Of a DNA stretch of 64,000 nt, positions 24,502 to 35,507 are shown piece by piece. The notes under the pieces were generated by a model that saw only the letters and a list, made by a program, of their open reading frames with translations, was not told where the DNA came from and did no database searches. Positions within the stretch are counted from its first letter, which is position 1; each line of letters opens with the position of its first letter. A program made the position numbers and the translations under genes. The stretch comes from Felis catus (lineage: Eukaryota): the NCBI RefSeq assembly GCF_018350175.1, contig NC_058384.1:69006001-69070000 (forward strand), written 5' to 3'.

Positions 24502-24645
24502 GATGTGGACTCCTTAGATGAGAAGATGGAGAGCTTGGATGTGAATCAGGACTCCGAGCTCAAGTTCCATGAGTACTGGAGACTGATAGGGGAGCTGGCC
24601 AAGGAGATCCGGAAGGAGAAGGCCCTGGAGATCCGGAAGAAGTAA
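24502..24645 (+). CDS. S100A13: S100A13 last coding exon
   Basis: DVDSLDEKMESLDVNQDSELKFHEYWRLIGELAKEIRKEKALEIRKK*; 98-aa protein in total. Confidence 0.97.
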   Translation, partial: DVDSLDEKMESLDVNQDSELKFHEYWRLIGELAKEIRKEKALEIRKK

Positions 24646-24697
24646 AGCCCCTGACCAGGATAGGGCCAGGCTGGCCAGGCAAAACCCCACTCCCCCC

Positions 24698-24703
24698 AAT
24701 ATA
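24698..24703 (+). terminator. S100A13: S100A13 polyA signal, weak variant AATATA (backup AATAAA at 24884-24889 in an L2 end)
   Basis: Position ~53 nt after the stop codon, in the context ...gcttcctccttgaaacac. Confidence 0.55.
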
Positions 24704-24903
24704 GCTTCCTCCTTGAAACACAAATGTTTCTTGTTCCCACCCTACCCTGCTTTCTTCTCTTGAGAGGAGGTGGTCTGAGAGTGGGTCCAAAAATTTTGAG
24801 CTCTTTGTAGACCAGGGATGTCACTCATCTTTGAATATCATTCTGCAGCATCGAGCACCAGGTCTTGTACCGGGGAGGTGCTCAATAAATTAATGGTTGA
24901 GGA

Positions 24904-25041
24904 GGGGCTCCTGGGTGGCTCTGTCAGTCGAGCGAGCGTCTGACTCTTGACTTCGGCTCAGGTCATGATCCCATGGTTTGCGTATTTGAGCCCTGCATCA
25001 GGGTCTGTGCTGACAGTGTGGAGTCTGCTTGGGGTTTTCTC

Positions 25042-25075
<34 letters not shown>

Positions 25076-25079
25076 AAAA

Positions 25080-25110
<31 letters not shown>

Positions 25111-25118
25111 AATAAACA
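24904..25118 (+). mobile_element. CanSINE with (AAAT)n tail
   Basis: SINE head, (ct)n linker and tail repeat. Confidence 0.9.
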
Positions 25119-25289
25119 AATGGTTGATGAATAAGTATATGAAAGGAAGAGAACAGACATCTGGGGCAGGCGAAGTGACTCTTACTCCACCAGGTGCCTC
25201 CTGGGGCCCAGGGGCATGGTCTCAGTTCACACTTTTCTTTTACCCGGGGTTTGTGTCATTGGACGATAATGGTAGCAGTGAACTTGTGT

Positions 25290-25485
25290 TGAGGACTTGC
25301 TGTGTGTCAGGCACAGTACTAAACACTTTTCCTGCGGTGTCTTTGTGAGTTGATTCTCACAGCCCTTTGAGGAAAGGTACTGTTTTTAAGTTCTGTATTG
25401 AAGATGAGGAAACAGATTTTAGAGAAGTTCGCAGACAAGAAGAGGTGGAACTGGGTTGAAATTCCAGAGCCTCTGTGATGAACTG
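25290..25485 (-). mobile_element. MIR
   Basis: caggcacagtactaaacac...agatgaggaaacag...gggttgaaattccag MIR core. Confidence 0.75.
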
Positions 25486-25754
25486 GGATCCTCTCCGGAT
25501 GGGTGGTGTGGGACCACTGGGCCCTCTTCTCCTCCCTCCCTCCATAGCAGGGGTGAAGCAGAAGAATGGACACAAGGTTCTGGTACGAAGACTGTGGGAT
25601 GGGCGCCCCTCTCCCCACCCTTCTTGGCTTGAGGGGCTTGCGGTTTGAACTGCCCGCCACCAGAGGGGGCAGGGGTGGGGCAGCCCAGCAGGCACCGCCT
25701 CCCGGCAGCTGTCACTGCCGCTGCCTGGTGTCCCTCTGGGACAGCCATCACTCC

Positions 25755-26180
25755 TGAGGAACCTTCAGGCTGAGACAACCTCCCCACCGCACACCAAGGA
25801 AGGTTCCCAGGTTGAGACCTTCCACCTAAGTGCCCTCAGACTGAGAGACCTCAGAAGGACCCCTAGGCTGGCACTGAGGGGCCATTTGGCTGAGACATTC
25901 CAGAGTGGGTCTCACAGGGGGCTTCCCCCAAACCAGAGACCCTAGGAGAGACTTGACGAGAAACTCTTCAGAGGGACCCCTGGTTGAGGCACTCCTGGAG
26001 AAGCCCTCAGATTGAGAGACCCTTAGAGAGGTTCCCAGACTGAGAGCTCTCAGAGGAACACAGAGTGGGGTACTCTAGGGAGGGCTTTTTCATGGAGAGA
26101 CGCTTTTAGATGCACTCGATTGAGGCCAGAAGTACAGAGGAGGCCTAGGAGGAGACACAGGGAGGGGCATTGGGAGACAC
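25755..26180 (+). repeat. Degenerate tandem array of ~11 units centred on (C/T)TGAGA(GA)C
   Basis: Recurrent ccctcagactgagagacc-like units spaced ~30-50 bp apart. Confidence 0.55.
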
Positions 26181-26625
26181 ACTTCAGCTTTGGGTCCCGC
26201 CTCATCCTTGCCTTGGCCCACACTAACTCCCCTGCTGCCGCTCTCCCTTCCCTCTCCCCGTCATCTCCCCGTCAGGTGAGGAGGTCCCTTGGGGTGTGCC
26301 GAGGCTTCCTGGGATGTCATCCCCCGCACTGGATTGGGGGAGTTGGGTTCAGGAAGGCATGGGGTTCTGGGGGAGGGAGGAGTAGGCAGCCCAACCAGTT
26401 TGGAGAGGTCGTTAACAGCCAGATCATTCACCTGGGCCTCACACATGCTGGCTCACACATGCTGTGCATGCTGGCTGAGGGGAGCCCCAAGGGGGTCAGG
26501 ACAACACTCAGTGTGGCCCCTCTGCCAGGCTGCCCTTCTCTGGCTCCTTCCTCACCTGTTGGCCATGGGGACTGCAGGCTTGGTGTCACTACCCAAATTG
26601 GCCCTGGTGGGAGGAATGTGAGTGA

Positions 26626-26630
<5 letters not shown>

Positions 26631-26690
<60 letters not shown>
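26631..26690. repeat. Compound (TG)n(GA)n microsatellite
   Basis: Direct read. Confidence 0.95.
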
Positions 26691-26692
<2 letters not shown>

Positions 26693-27111
26693 AAAGGACA
26701 GAGAGGGCTCTGGGGACCTCTCTCAACTCGCATGTCTCCGGACCACAAGCCCTGCCTTGATCAGTCTCTGCTTTTCCTTCTTTCCTGATGTTGACTCAAA
26801 GCCCCTCCACTTCAATTCCTCCAGGCCTTTCTTCCCAGGCTCGACCCCACAGTCTTGCCAAGGCCCCCTTCTGCCTCCCCCAACCTCCCCTTCCCTTTCT
26901 CTTGCCTTGACTCTGCTTGCTGGTCTGGGGCCAGAGGCCACCCAGCCCCAGCCTCCAAGGGTTCCCTCCAATGGCAGAGTGGGCAGGCTCTCGGGGCTCT
27001 GGCCAATGGGGGGTGGGGCCGACAGGGCTGGCTCACAGCCCAGGCTGCTTCAATAGCAGGGGTGGCTTAGGGATGAGGCCCAGCCCTCTGCCTTCCCTCC
27101 CTGCCCCCAAG

Positions 27112-27171
27112 TATAAGAGCTGAGCTCAGGTGAGCTGACTCCTAGCGTCCGGTCCCAGCAGCTGCCAGCAG
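27112..27171 (+). promoter_or_regulatory. S100A14: S100A14 TATA box (TATAAG 27112-27117) and non-coding exon 1 ending 27171
   Basis: TATA-like box ~55 nt before donor CAG|GTAAGG. Confidence 0.75.
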
Positions 27172-27281
27172 GTAAGGAGACATAGGCCTTTTCCCCCAAA
27201 GGGCTGCCCCTGTCCAGAGGACACAAGTAGCCTATTCTACCCTGGCCTGCCAGGAGAAGGGCAAGGGGCCAGGTCCTGGAC

Positions 27282-27300
27282 AATGATGATGATGATGATG

Positions 27301-27330
<30 letters not shown>
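27282..27330. repeat. Compound (ATG)n(TG)n microsatellite, S100A14 intron 1
   Basis: Direct read. Confidence 0.95.
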
Positions 27331-27332
<2 letters not shown>

Positions 27333-27653
27333 CAGAGGAGAATGGTGGGAAGAACTGGGAAGATTGATCTAAGGTGAGGCCCAAGGGATTCCCTCTGAAT
27401 AGGGGGGTCTGGGGGCTGTGATCTCAGCTCCTGGATCCTTCACAGGAACCAGGCCTTGTGTGGAGTTGGCTCCGACCCCCTGAGCAAGGAACAGAATATT
27501 GAGGGTACAGCCAGAGGGGACAGTTGAGAAAGATATGCTGAGCCATCCCCTGCCCTCAGTCTTCCTCCTTCCAGGCAGATCATGAGCCATCGGCTCCTCT
27601 GAGGCCTGCTGTGGGACAACAGCGCTGTCACCGGGACGAGTACACCGGTCACC

Positions 27654-27683
27654 ATGGGGCAGTGTCGGTCAGCCAATGCTGAG
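27654..27683 (+). CDS. S100A14: S100A14 exon 2 coding part (exon starts 27575)
   Basis: accATGg Kozak context; MGQCRSANAE; donor GAG|GTGGGC. Confidence 0.93.
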
Positions 27684-28107
27684 GTGGGCCCATTCGTGCC
27701 TGGACTTTCTGTTCCCATGCTCCACTCCCCGACCCTGAGGGTCTGTGTCCCCTCTTCTTGGCCTTGCCCCGCACTCTAGACCTTGCTCGGGAGACCCAGA
27801 CTCTTCTCTCATACCCACAGGGGTGATACACAAGGAACCCTCCTGGGAAGAGAGAGTCTGCCGCACGCTGGGACCTGCCCTGGGTGGGGGCTGGGGGGTG
27901 ACGGGGTGGAAGCCTTGCCCAACTTGTGGCTCAGGCAGGGCAGGGGCCAGTGGGGGGAAGGGGGTTGGATGCCGGGCTCTGGAGTGGGTGGGAGCCTCTG
28001 TGCCTCCCAGCTTTCTTCTGCCCTATTGGCCTTGAGGGCCTTAGGGCGGTAGGGTGTCCTAGGGTGGACTTAGCCTCCCTGACATGAGTGATGTCCCCTG
28101 CCCTCAG

Positions 28108-28254
28108 GATGCCCAGGAATTCAGTGACGTGGAGAGGGCCATTGAGACCCTCATCAAGAACTTCCACCAGTACTCTGTGGAGGGTGGCAAGGAGACGCTG
28201 ACCCCCTCCGAGCTACGGGACCTGGTCAGCCAGCAGCTGCCCCACCTCATGCCG
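28108..28254 (+). CDS. S100A14: S100A14 exon 3
   Basis: [49 protein letters not shown]. Confidence 0.97.
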
Positions 28255-28468
28255 GTACTGAGGGAGCGGCCCGCCCAGGCAGCGCCCTGACTTCCCCTCT
28301 GGGTCTCCAAGGCCCCACCCACACGGCCCCTGGCACTAGCAACCCCAGCCCTTCCCAACTGCCAGTGCCAGGTAGGCACAGGTCCCGCCTCCTGCCCCTG
28401 GGCAGGGGTGCGGCAGGAGGATCAAAGGGTGCTGCCTCCCTGAGCTATGGTGTCTTCCCTCCCCTCAG

Positions 28469-28606
28469 AGCAATTGCGGCCTCGAAGAGAAAATCGCCAA
28501 CTTGGGCAGCTGTAACGACTCTAAACTGGAGTTTGGGAGTTTCTGGGAGCTGATTGGAGAAGCAGCCAGGAGCGTGAAGCTGGAGAGCCCTGTCCGGGGG
28601 AGTTGA
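28469..28606 (+). CDS. S100A14: S100A14 exon 4 coding part
   Basis: [45 protein letters not shown]; 104-aa protein in total. Confidence 0.96.
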   Translation, partial: SNCGLEEKIANLGSCNDSKLEFGSFWELIGEAARSVKLESPVRGS

Positions 28607-28681
28607 AAACCTTCTTCTGGAATTCTTGGGGGGATGCTGGGGAAAGGGGACCTTAGAGACCGTGGGCCTAGAAACGCCTCT

Positions 28682-28720
28682 CCACCACCACCACCACCAC
28701 CACCACCACCACCACCACCA
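28682..28720 (+). repeat. (CCA)13 trinucleotide repeat in S100A14 3' UTR
   Basis: Direct read. Confidence 0.97.
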
Positions 28721-29262
28721 CACTATTCCCCAGTCTGCACCTGCCTCGCCTCTGCAAGGTTCAAGTCCTTAGTGAGCCTTCCCAGGGGTCTCTGTGTACT
28801 TCATCCTTGGGAGCTCCGTGGAACTCCATGAGTCCCCACCAGAGGGAGGCTCAGGGGATGGGTTGGGCCCAGGGATGGATGTGGCAAGATGCTGGAGGGA
28901 TAAGGATGGGCTAAGGGCCAAGTAATTTGGTTGCGGGGAAGGTCAAAGAGGAACTGGGCTACTGGATATGATTTGAAGAAGAGGGCGGGGAATGGGGCTG
29001 GATATTTGGTACTAAAAAGAGTCTCTGAGAACCTAGCCTTCCTTATCTCTTCCCCAACCCAAATGATAACTTCTGTCCAGTGCTACGCCTTCCTTCTTCC
29101 AGCTCTGCCCCAGCCTCTTTCCAGGACTCTGTCCCTGGGCTAGGGCAGGGGAAGAGAGAGAGCAGGCTGGAGAGGGGAGGCTGAGGAGGGGGTGACTTTG
29201 GGAGAGGACCAGCTGGGTGCTTGGGCATTTAAAGAATGATGGTTGTTTTGTAACATGTGATT

Positions 29263-29268
29263 AATAAA
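29263..29268 (+). terminator. S100A14: S100A14 polyA signal AATAAA
   Basis: First canonical signal after the stop codon. Confidence 0.8.
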
Positions 29269-29599
29269 AAAAACGGAAAAAGTGAAAGATGCTGTCTTGA
29301 CTGGATACCTGCCCTACCTCAGTCCACGGGCAAGGGGTGGTTGGGTGAGTGGCAGAGCCCTTGGTGGCACAGGGCATGTGGGGCTGCAGTGGCTGTGGCA
29401 GAAGTGAATGGATTTGGGTCGAGGATGGGTACCAGGCCCCAGAGCTTGGAGAGCTGGTCCTCTCTGAAGGACAGGCTCTTCTTTGCCAAGGGGCTGGTCC
29501 TCTGCCAGGAGGAGAGGGTATGTGTGCTCACCTGGGGAGACAGTTAAGACCCCAGACAGTTATGACCCCAGATGTTCCGTGGGCGACCGGCAGCAAGGG

Positions 29600-29800
29600 A
29601 AACGTGGGGCTGAGAAACAGGCTGACCCGCCTGGGTTTGAAGCCAGCCCTGCCACTTACCATCTCTGGAGTGTTGGGCATGCTCTCAGAGTATCAGTTTG
29701 CTCATCTGTCAAATGGGGTATTAATATCTCTGAAATAAATCAGATTTGTTAGGAGGATAATGGACACAGCACGTGAAGTGCTTAGCAGAGAGCTTGACAC
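29600..29800 (+). mobile_element. MIR
   Basis: ctgggtttgaagcc...gccacttacc...cagtttgctcatctgtcaaatgggg. Confidence 0.75.
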
Positions 29801-30399
29801 AGAGTGAGTGCCCCGAGCTGGAGTCTCCCTTGTCGGAGTGGACGGGTGGGTCCCCTCTACTTTCAGCTGCCGCCTCCACATGTTGACTAGCCAGTTTCCT
29901 TGGGTGTACTGGGGAAGGGCTGGAGGGGTGCAGAAGAATCCTCTGCTGCACATGACAGGTCCTAGGAATGGGCATCAGCTCCTGGTGGTCTGAACGGGGA
30001 GACGGAGACCAGGGGCCAGGTTTTGCTGCTGCCTTCTGACTGGGGCCCACAGAAATCAGGCATTACTCCTGAAACCCTAGCAGCAAGGAGGAGTCTGTGG
30101 TCAGCCAGGCTGGCCTGGAATGCTAACTGAAATCGTCTGTTGGGGGCCCTGAAACTGGGCTCCCAGTGACCCAGGTGAGCAGGGCAGGTGACACCCCTTT
30201 CTTTCTCCATTGACTGGGTTCTGCTCGGGCCCTGCAGGGCCAGCAGGGTGGGGTTGTGGGGTTGCCAGCTTCCACCACTCCCTCTGGGGTGGGGGTGGAG
30301 GGGTGTTAAAAAAGGTGTGTATCCCTTTAACAAGGGCCCAACCCCAGGGCCAAGTCAGAGGGAGCTCAGTCACTACCTCCCCACCAGAGCCAGCTCCGC

Positions 30400-30536
30400 C
30401 AGGCACGGCCAGAGTGGGACAGATTCTGGGAGCGAAGCGGGGAGGAGTCCTGGGCCGGCTGAGTGGGGAGCCGCTTGGCGGTGCCTGAGTCCAGGCCCCA
30501 GAGCCCTGCTGGAGAGGAGGCAGTCCTGGGAGGCAG
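30400..30536 (+). other. S100A16: S100A16 non-coding exon 1 (start approximate)
   Basis: gagccctgctggagaggaggcag resembles the S100A16 5' UTR as recalled; donor CAG|GTGAGC at 30536. Confidence 0.7.
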
Positions 30537-33500
30537 GTGAGCACCCCAGGCCTGTCCTGGGAGGTCTGGGGCTGCCAGAGAGGTCCTGCAGGCGTGGGGG
30601 GCCCCGGGGAAGGGGGCGGTGAGGAGGGCCTGGGGAGGGGGCCCTGCTAGAGACTGGGCTGGAAGGGTCTGTTAATTTTTAACTTTCCCGCAGGCTGGTT
30701 TGGGAATGGAGACTTCGGTGGGGTTGGGAGGTGGGGAGGCCTTCAGAGGGGCGGACGGGGTGGCGAGACCCCCCTCTCCCCAACCCAGCCGCTGACTGGG
30801 CTCTTCTCCAGGGCCTGGGCCATGGGGCAGAGAGCTCAGGAGCTCTGTCGCAGCTGCTCCGACCCTCCCTTAACAGAAAAAGGGCAAATGCGTGTTTGGG
30901 GGCGGTTGGGGGTGGTCAGACCTGGATGTGGGCCTCACGGGCCGGCTCTGGGATCTGTGTCTTGGGAGGTGATGGGGTCCAGGAGGAACCGGGAAGGGCC
31001 CTGTGAGAGGAGGCAGGCGCCGGAGGCTTGTTTCCACTTCAGGACCCAGGCAGGCCGTGGCTTGATTGGCTTTGCCTGGCAGGGCCACCTGCACCGTCTG
31101 CCTGTGCCCAGCCCCACAGGGCAGGGGTGCTTCGGGAGGGAGCTCCGGAGGTGCAGACCAGTGGGGCTCAGCCTTCCTCGCAGCTGGTAAAGAGAGGGGT
31201 GGCTGTCGGTGAGGCCAGGGCCCGCAGTGTGTGTGAGTGTCCACACCTCAGTCCGACCCCACTTTTCTGGAAAATGTTCCAGAGGAGCACACCCTGTCCT
31301 GTCCAGCAGGAGAGGGTGGGCGGATGTGTGAATTCCAGGCAGTGAGTCCTGTGAGGCAGGGGCACTTGGGTGAGACTTCAGTTTGAAACAGCCTTGCAAA
31401 TAGAGTGACAAGTTACCGGCCCAGTTCGGATGCCACCTTCCCTGCATGTTGAAGGCAGTTGGGGCCAATGAGTGAATCAAGGGAGTGGGTGAGCAAGAAA
31501 ACCAGTTCAGTGAATGAATGAATCAGTGAATGAATCAGGAAATGAATGATGAGGAGTGAGGGAACGAGTTTGAGGTCGATGGAAGGGACACAGAGAAGGC
31601 CGAATGTAGGCTTGGGGGCAGGCCAGACTCCAGAGAGGACGGTGACCAGGAGGCACAGAAGTTCAGGGAGGTCTCACAACACCTGGAAACAGTTCGGGAT
31701 TCCAGCGGAGAGAGTGTGGTGGGAAGAGAAGGTGGACTGGGGTGACTGTACTGGGTGTTCAGGGCTCCAGACTGAAGGGGCTTGGGGTGGGGCGGTGGGG
31801 TTACAGGGGCTAAGATCCAGGGGCAAGGCTCAGGGCCCTGGAGGTTTTGGGAGAAGTCGGCAAACTGGGCTGAGGTGGGCGGGGGATGGGGGCGGGGCCT
31901 CTCGGTTGCTCCAGGATGAGTCAGCCAAGGAAGAGACCAGGAAAACACTAGGGGAGGGCTGGGGGCTCCTGGTGGGAGGGCCCTTTGGAGGACAAGTGGT
32001 CCCCCAACCCCCACTTTTGGGGAAGGCTCTAATATACATGTCCACCCCGCCAGCTCTCAGGCCAGGACCTACCTCCTGCCAACCCTTCCTAGGAGAGGCT
32101 CACGGGACAGCTTGACCCTCCGGCCTGGTTGGGCCTGGTGCCTGGTTGGGCCTGGTCGGAGGGAGGAGCAGGTGCCTGTGGGTGGGTGTGGTGGCAGAGC
32201 CTGTCTCCTGGCCCCCAGGGGAAGGAGGGAGGAGGAGGCTAATGACACCTGACTAGCCCCCTCTGACATCCTTCCTTCAGAAAAAGCTTTGGAAAAGCGC
32301 TTATCCAGATGGTTATCTCCAAGAAGGTGGGGGGTGGATTACTGGGGACTGAGAACCTGGGCTGTTGAGGCAGGCAGCCAGAGGCCAGGTGGGGGCTGGG
32401 ACCTGGATCGAGGAGGGCCGGAGGAGGCTCCCCTGGTCAGAGAGACAAGATTCTAAGAAGACACGTGGTGAGGAGGGTGGGTGGGCCAGGGGGAGGGGCA
32501 GAGGCACAGCACCCCAGCCCCATTTCTTTCTCTTTCCTCTCGGGGACTATTTCCCCGCAGGGTTCCTCACTTAGGGAACAGGTCTGGGATGGTTAAGGGT
32601 TGGGGGGGGGCGTGGTTCTCTGAACCCTTTTCCCACTCCCAAAGTTGGTTGGGAGTAGGCTTGGCTGAGTCCTTGCTGAAGTGGGTGCAGCTTTCGGAAT
32701 CCAGGGTTCTGGCCCTGGGTCTGGAGCACTCTCCAGTCAAGGGCAGCAGAGAACAGTTTCATGGATTGGAACTTTTTTCCTTTCTCACTTCTCACTTGTG
32801 AGTATTAGGGTGTTTGCAGGAACATTGAGCCTCACAGTCACACACTTAATAAACGAAGAGCACAGGGGAAAGGACGTGGTTTCCTGTAGCCCTGGTTCCA
32901 TATTTTATCCTTCTGTGTGAAGAGCAGAGTGGCCAGGCAGGTGAGGCAGGGAGGGAAGGGCAGGTTTCCCGTCGGCGACGCCCCAGCCTGCTCCTCTCTC
33001 TCTCTATCCTCCTTCCTTCCTACATTAGGGCCTAGTCCCTCCGGGTCACACCCTTCCTTCAGAAAGAGCCTCGTAAAAGAAATAACTTGGAAGGGTGGTC
33101 AGGGTCACTGGATACCTGGTAGCAGGGCTGGAAGGAGGTAGAATGTTATAGAACATCTGTCTTAAGGAAGCCGTTGGACCAGACAGTGCAGGTGAGGGAG
33201 GTGCAGAAATTAAAAGCTGGGAGCTTGCGTTTACCTAGGATTTTAAAAAATGGCCCTGAAGTCAATGAGTCGTGTCCTTTCGTTCAGTGAACGCAATGGT
33301 TGCATGTAAGAAACACTGTCCTTGCCTCAAGGAAGGAGAGGGTTAGGGGAGAGCAGACCCACAGCAGTTATGAGCCCTGTTACTGTCGGCTGGCACCTGT
33401 GGGACCCGGGGAGCAGAGTGCTGGGGGCAGGGGCCGGGGCTGTGGCAAGGCCCGGCCAAGCCGACCTGTCTTCCGAGTTTCGCCACAGGATGTTCAGGCC

Positions 33501-34483
33501 CGGATGGAGGCTGTGTCCACCTTCCCTTGCCAGGACCGAACGGGCAGGGTGGCTGTAGCTCATTCCTGGGCTTGGGGGCGGGAGGGGAGGCTCATTTGCC
33601 CGGGGTTCACTTGGGGGGGCTCTGGGCATGGGCGGCGACTGACAGAATAGACCCGCCTGCTCCCCTCATATCCTGTTATTCAGAAGGCTGTATCCGCTTG
33701 GACTGTGAGTGCCTTTTGTCCTGGGTGAGGGGGTGACGCGTGTGGCCTTTGGCTGGCTGCAGCTGTGTCTCCAGCTGGGGCAAAAGCAGGCTTGGCTCCT
33801 CTTTAGGTAATGGGGTGGGGGGGGTCCTCGAGTCCTGCTGTGTGTTTCCAGGTGGGTATGAGGGAGGGCAGGCTAGCAGGGTGTGGCGGGGGCCTGCCGA
33901 AAGTCTGGCTCCATGGGGGAGTGCATTGTCCTTCCCCAGAGAGGGACAACCATGGCCTGGGCTCCTGCAGAACCTGCCCTGGTGCCTGGCCGGAGGGACT
34001 CGGGAGGGCCTAGGTTCCTGCTTTGTGGCCTGGGGCGGGGGTCTCAGGCAATGCTGGGGCTGGGGGATATAGCTGTCGGCCTCCCAGCCCCTTTGGCTCA
34101 CCCGAGCAGTTTCTAGCTGTGCGCGCTCCCTGGGCAGGGGCCCTGGGTGGGTCAGCTGTGGAGACAGCAGAGGGGTGGGCCCCTCTTCTGCCCCCTTCCC
34201 ATGGGAGCCTCCTGCTCTCACTGGGGCTCTGACAGGCCCAGTGCCTGGGGCTGGGGCAGGGCCTGGAGAACTTGCCTGGGCGGTTGGGCTGGCGAGCACC
34301 TGTATCAGAGCAGCCACACTGTTCTGACTCCAGGCTTACCCTGGTGCCGCCTTTTCCCCGAGGACCCGCCAGCCCAGGGGCCCAGGAGGAGGATGAGGGC
34401 AGGGGGCCCCGAATTTGGCCTGTGGGGTCTCCTCACCTGCCCTCTTCTCGTCGCCCAGGCCCCGCGAGGAGTGAGGCAGTGAG

Positions 34484-34636
34484 ATGGCAGACTGCTACAC
34501 AGAGCTGGAGAAGGCCGTCGTGGTCCTGGTGGAAAACTTCTACAAATACGTGTCTAAACACAGTCTGGTCAAGAACAAGATCAGCAAAAGCAGCTTCCGG
34601 AAGATGCTTCAGAAAGAGCTTAACCATATGCTGACG
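34484..34636 (+). CDS. S100A16: S100A16 exon 2 coding part (exon starts 34459)
   Basis: MADCYTELEKAVVVLVENFYKYVSKHSLVKNKISKSSFRKMLQKELNHMLT; donor ACG|GTGAGG. Confidence 0.97.
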
Positions 34637-34869
34637 GTGAGGTCCCCTCGCCTAAGGGCCCTGCCTACCCACCAGCCCCCCCCAGTCTTGATCCTCGTGT
34701 GGTGTCCTTCCCCACTGCGGCCTCTGTCTTTTCAGAGTGACCCCCTGAACCAGCGTCTCACCACCGCCCAGGCCCCGGTCCTCTTGGGGTGCCGAGGCCT
34801 GACCAGGGAGGTCCTGGGACTGTGTGTGGCTCCGCACCGCTGACCACCCCCCCCCCACTTCCTCTCCAG

Positions 34870-35028
34870 GATACAGGTAACCGGAAGGCTGCTGACAAGC
34901 TCATCCAGAACCTGGACGCCAACCACGATGGGCGCATCAGCTTTGACGAGTACTGGACCTTGATAGGCGGCATCACGGGCCCCATCGCCAATCTTATCCG
35001 CCAGCAGGAGCAGCAGAGCGGCAGCTAG
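34870..35028 (+). CDS. S100A16: S100A16 exon 3 coding part
   Basis: DTGNRKAADKLIQNLDANHDGRISFDEYWTLIGGITGPIANLIRQQEQQSGS*; 103-aa protein in total. Confidence 0.97.
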   Translation, partial: DTGNRKAADKLIQNLDANHDGRISFDEYWTLIGGITGPIANLIRQQEQQSGS

Positions 35029-35501
35029 AGGACCCCTCCCACCGCCCCTCCACGCCCAGCCCCTGGTGCTCTTCCCGGGCTCCCCGCAGCCTCCTCCACC
35101 CACCCAGGCCCCCCTCCTCGCTCCTCCCTGCACGCCTCCTGCTGAACAGGGGAATGGGCCCCTCCAGAGTGTCGTGGTCTGGGGGTGCCTCCCAAAGGGT
35201 CTTAGTCCCTGGAGCCAGCAGGCCCCGGGGGCCCCTCTGTGAGGCTTCAGGGCTGCTTGGGGTCCCCGCGAGTTTTCTGCTCAGTCCACCAACCCCTCCA
35301 GCGTCTGATGCTCTGCCTGATGCTGGGTGTCTCCTGACCTCTGCTTGGGGTCTCCCTGCCCCCCGGAAGCAGGAGCAGAGGCCTCTCCTCTTTCTCTCAG
35401 CCTGTGTGCTGGGGACAGAAGATTTCCAGGGACTGTGGGTCAGGGAACAGTCGAGCAGGGCTGCCCCCACCCCCGCTCCTGCTCACCACTGATGCGGTGG
35501 C

Positions 35502-35507
35502 AATAAA
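35502..35507 (+). terminator. S100A16: S100A16 polyA signal AATAAA
   Basis: Canonical signal followed by a GU/U-rich stretch. Confidence 0.85.

Noticed and set aside
26441-26473. Three CATGCTG cores as a p53/p63 response element
   Set aside because: Core spacings are 14 and 9 bp rather than the canonical 10, and the flanks are mismatched. Kept only as a side note to the GRHL finding.
28445-28723. Poly-Trp ORF
   Set aside because: Antisense reading of the (CCA)13 repeat.
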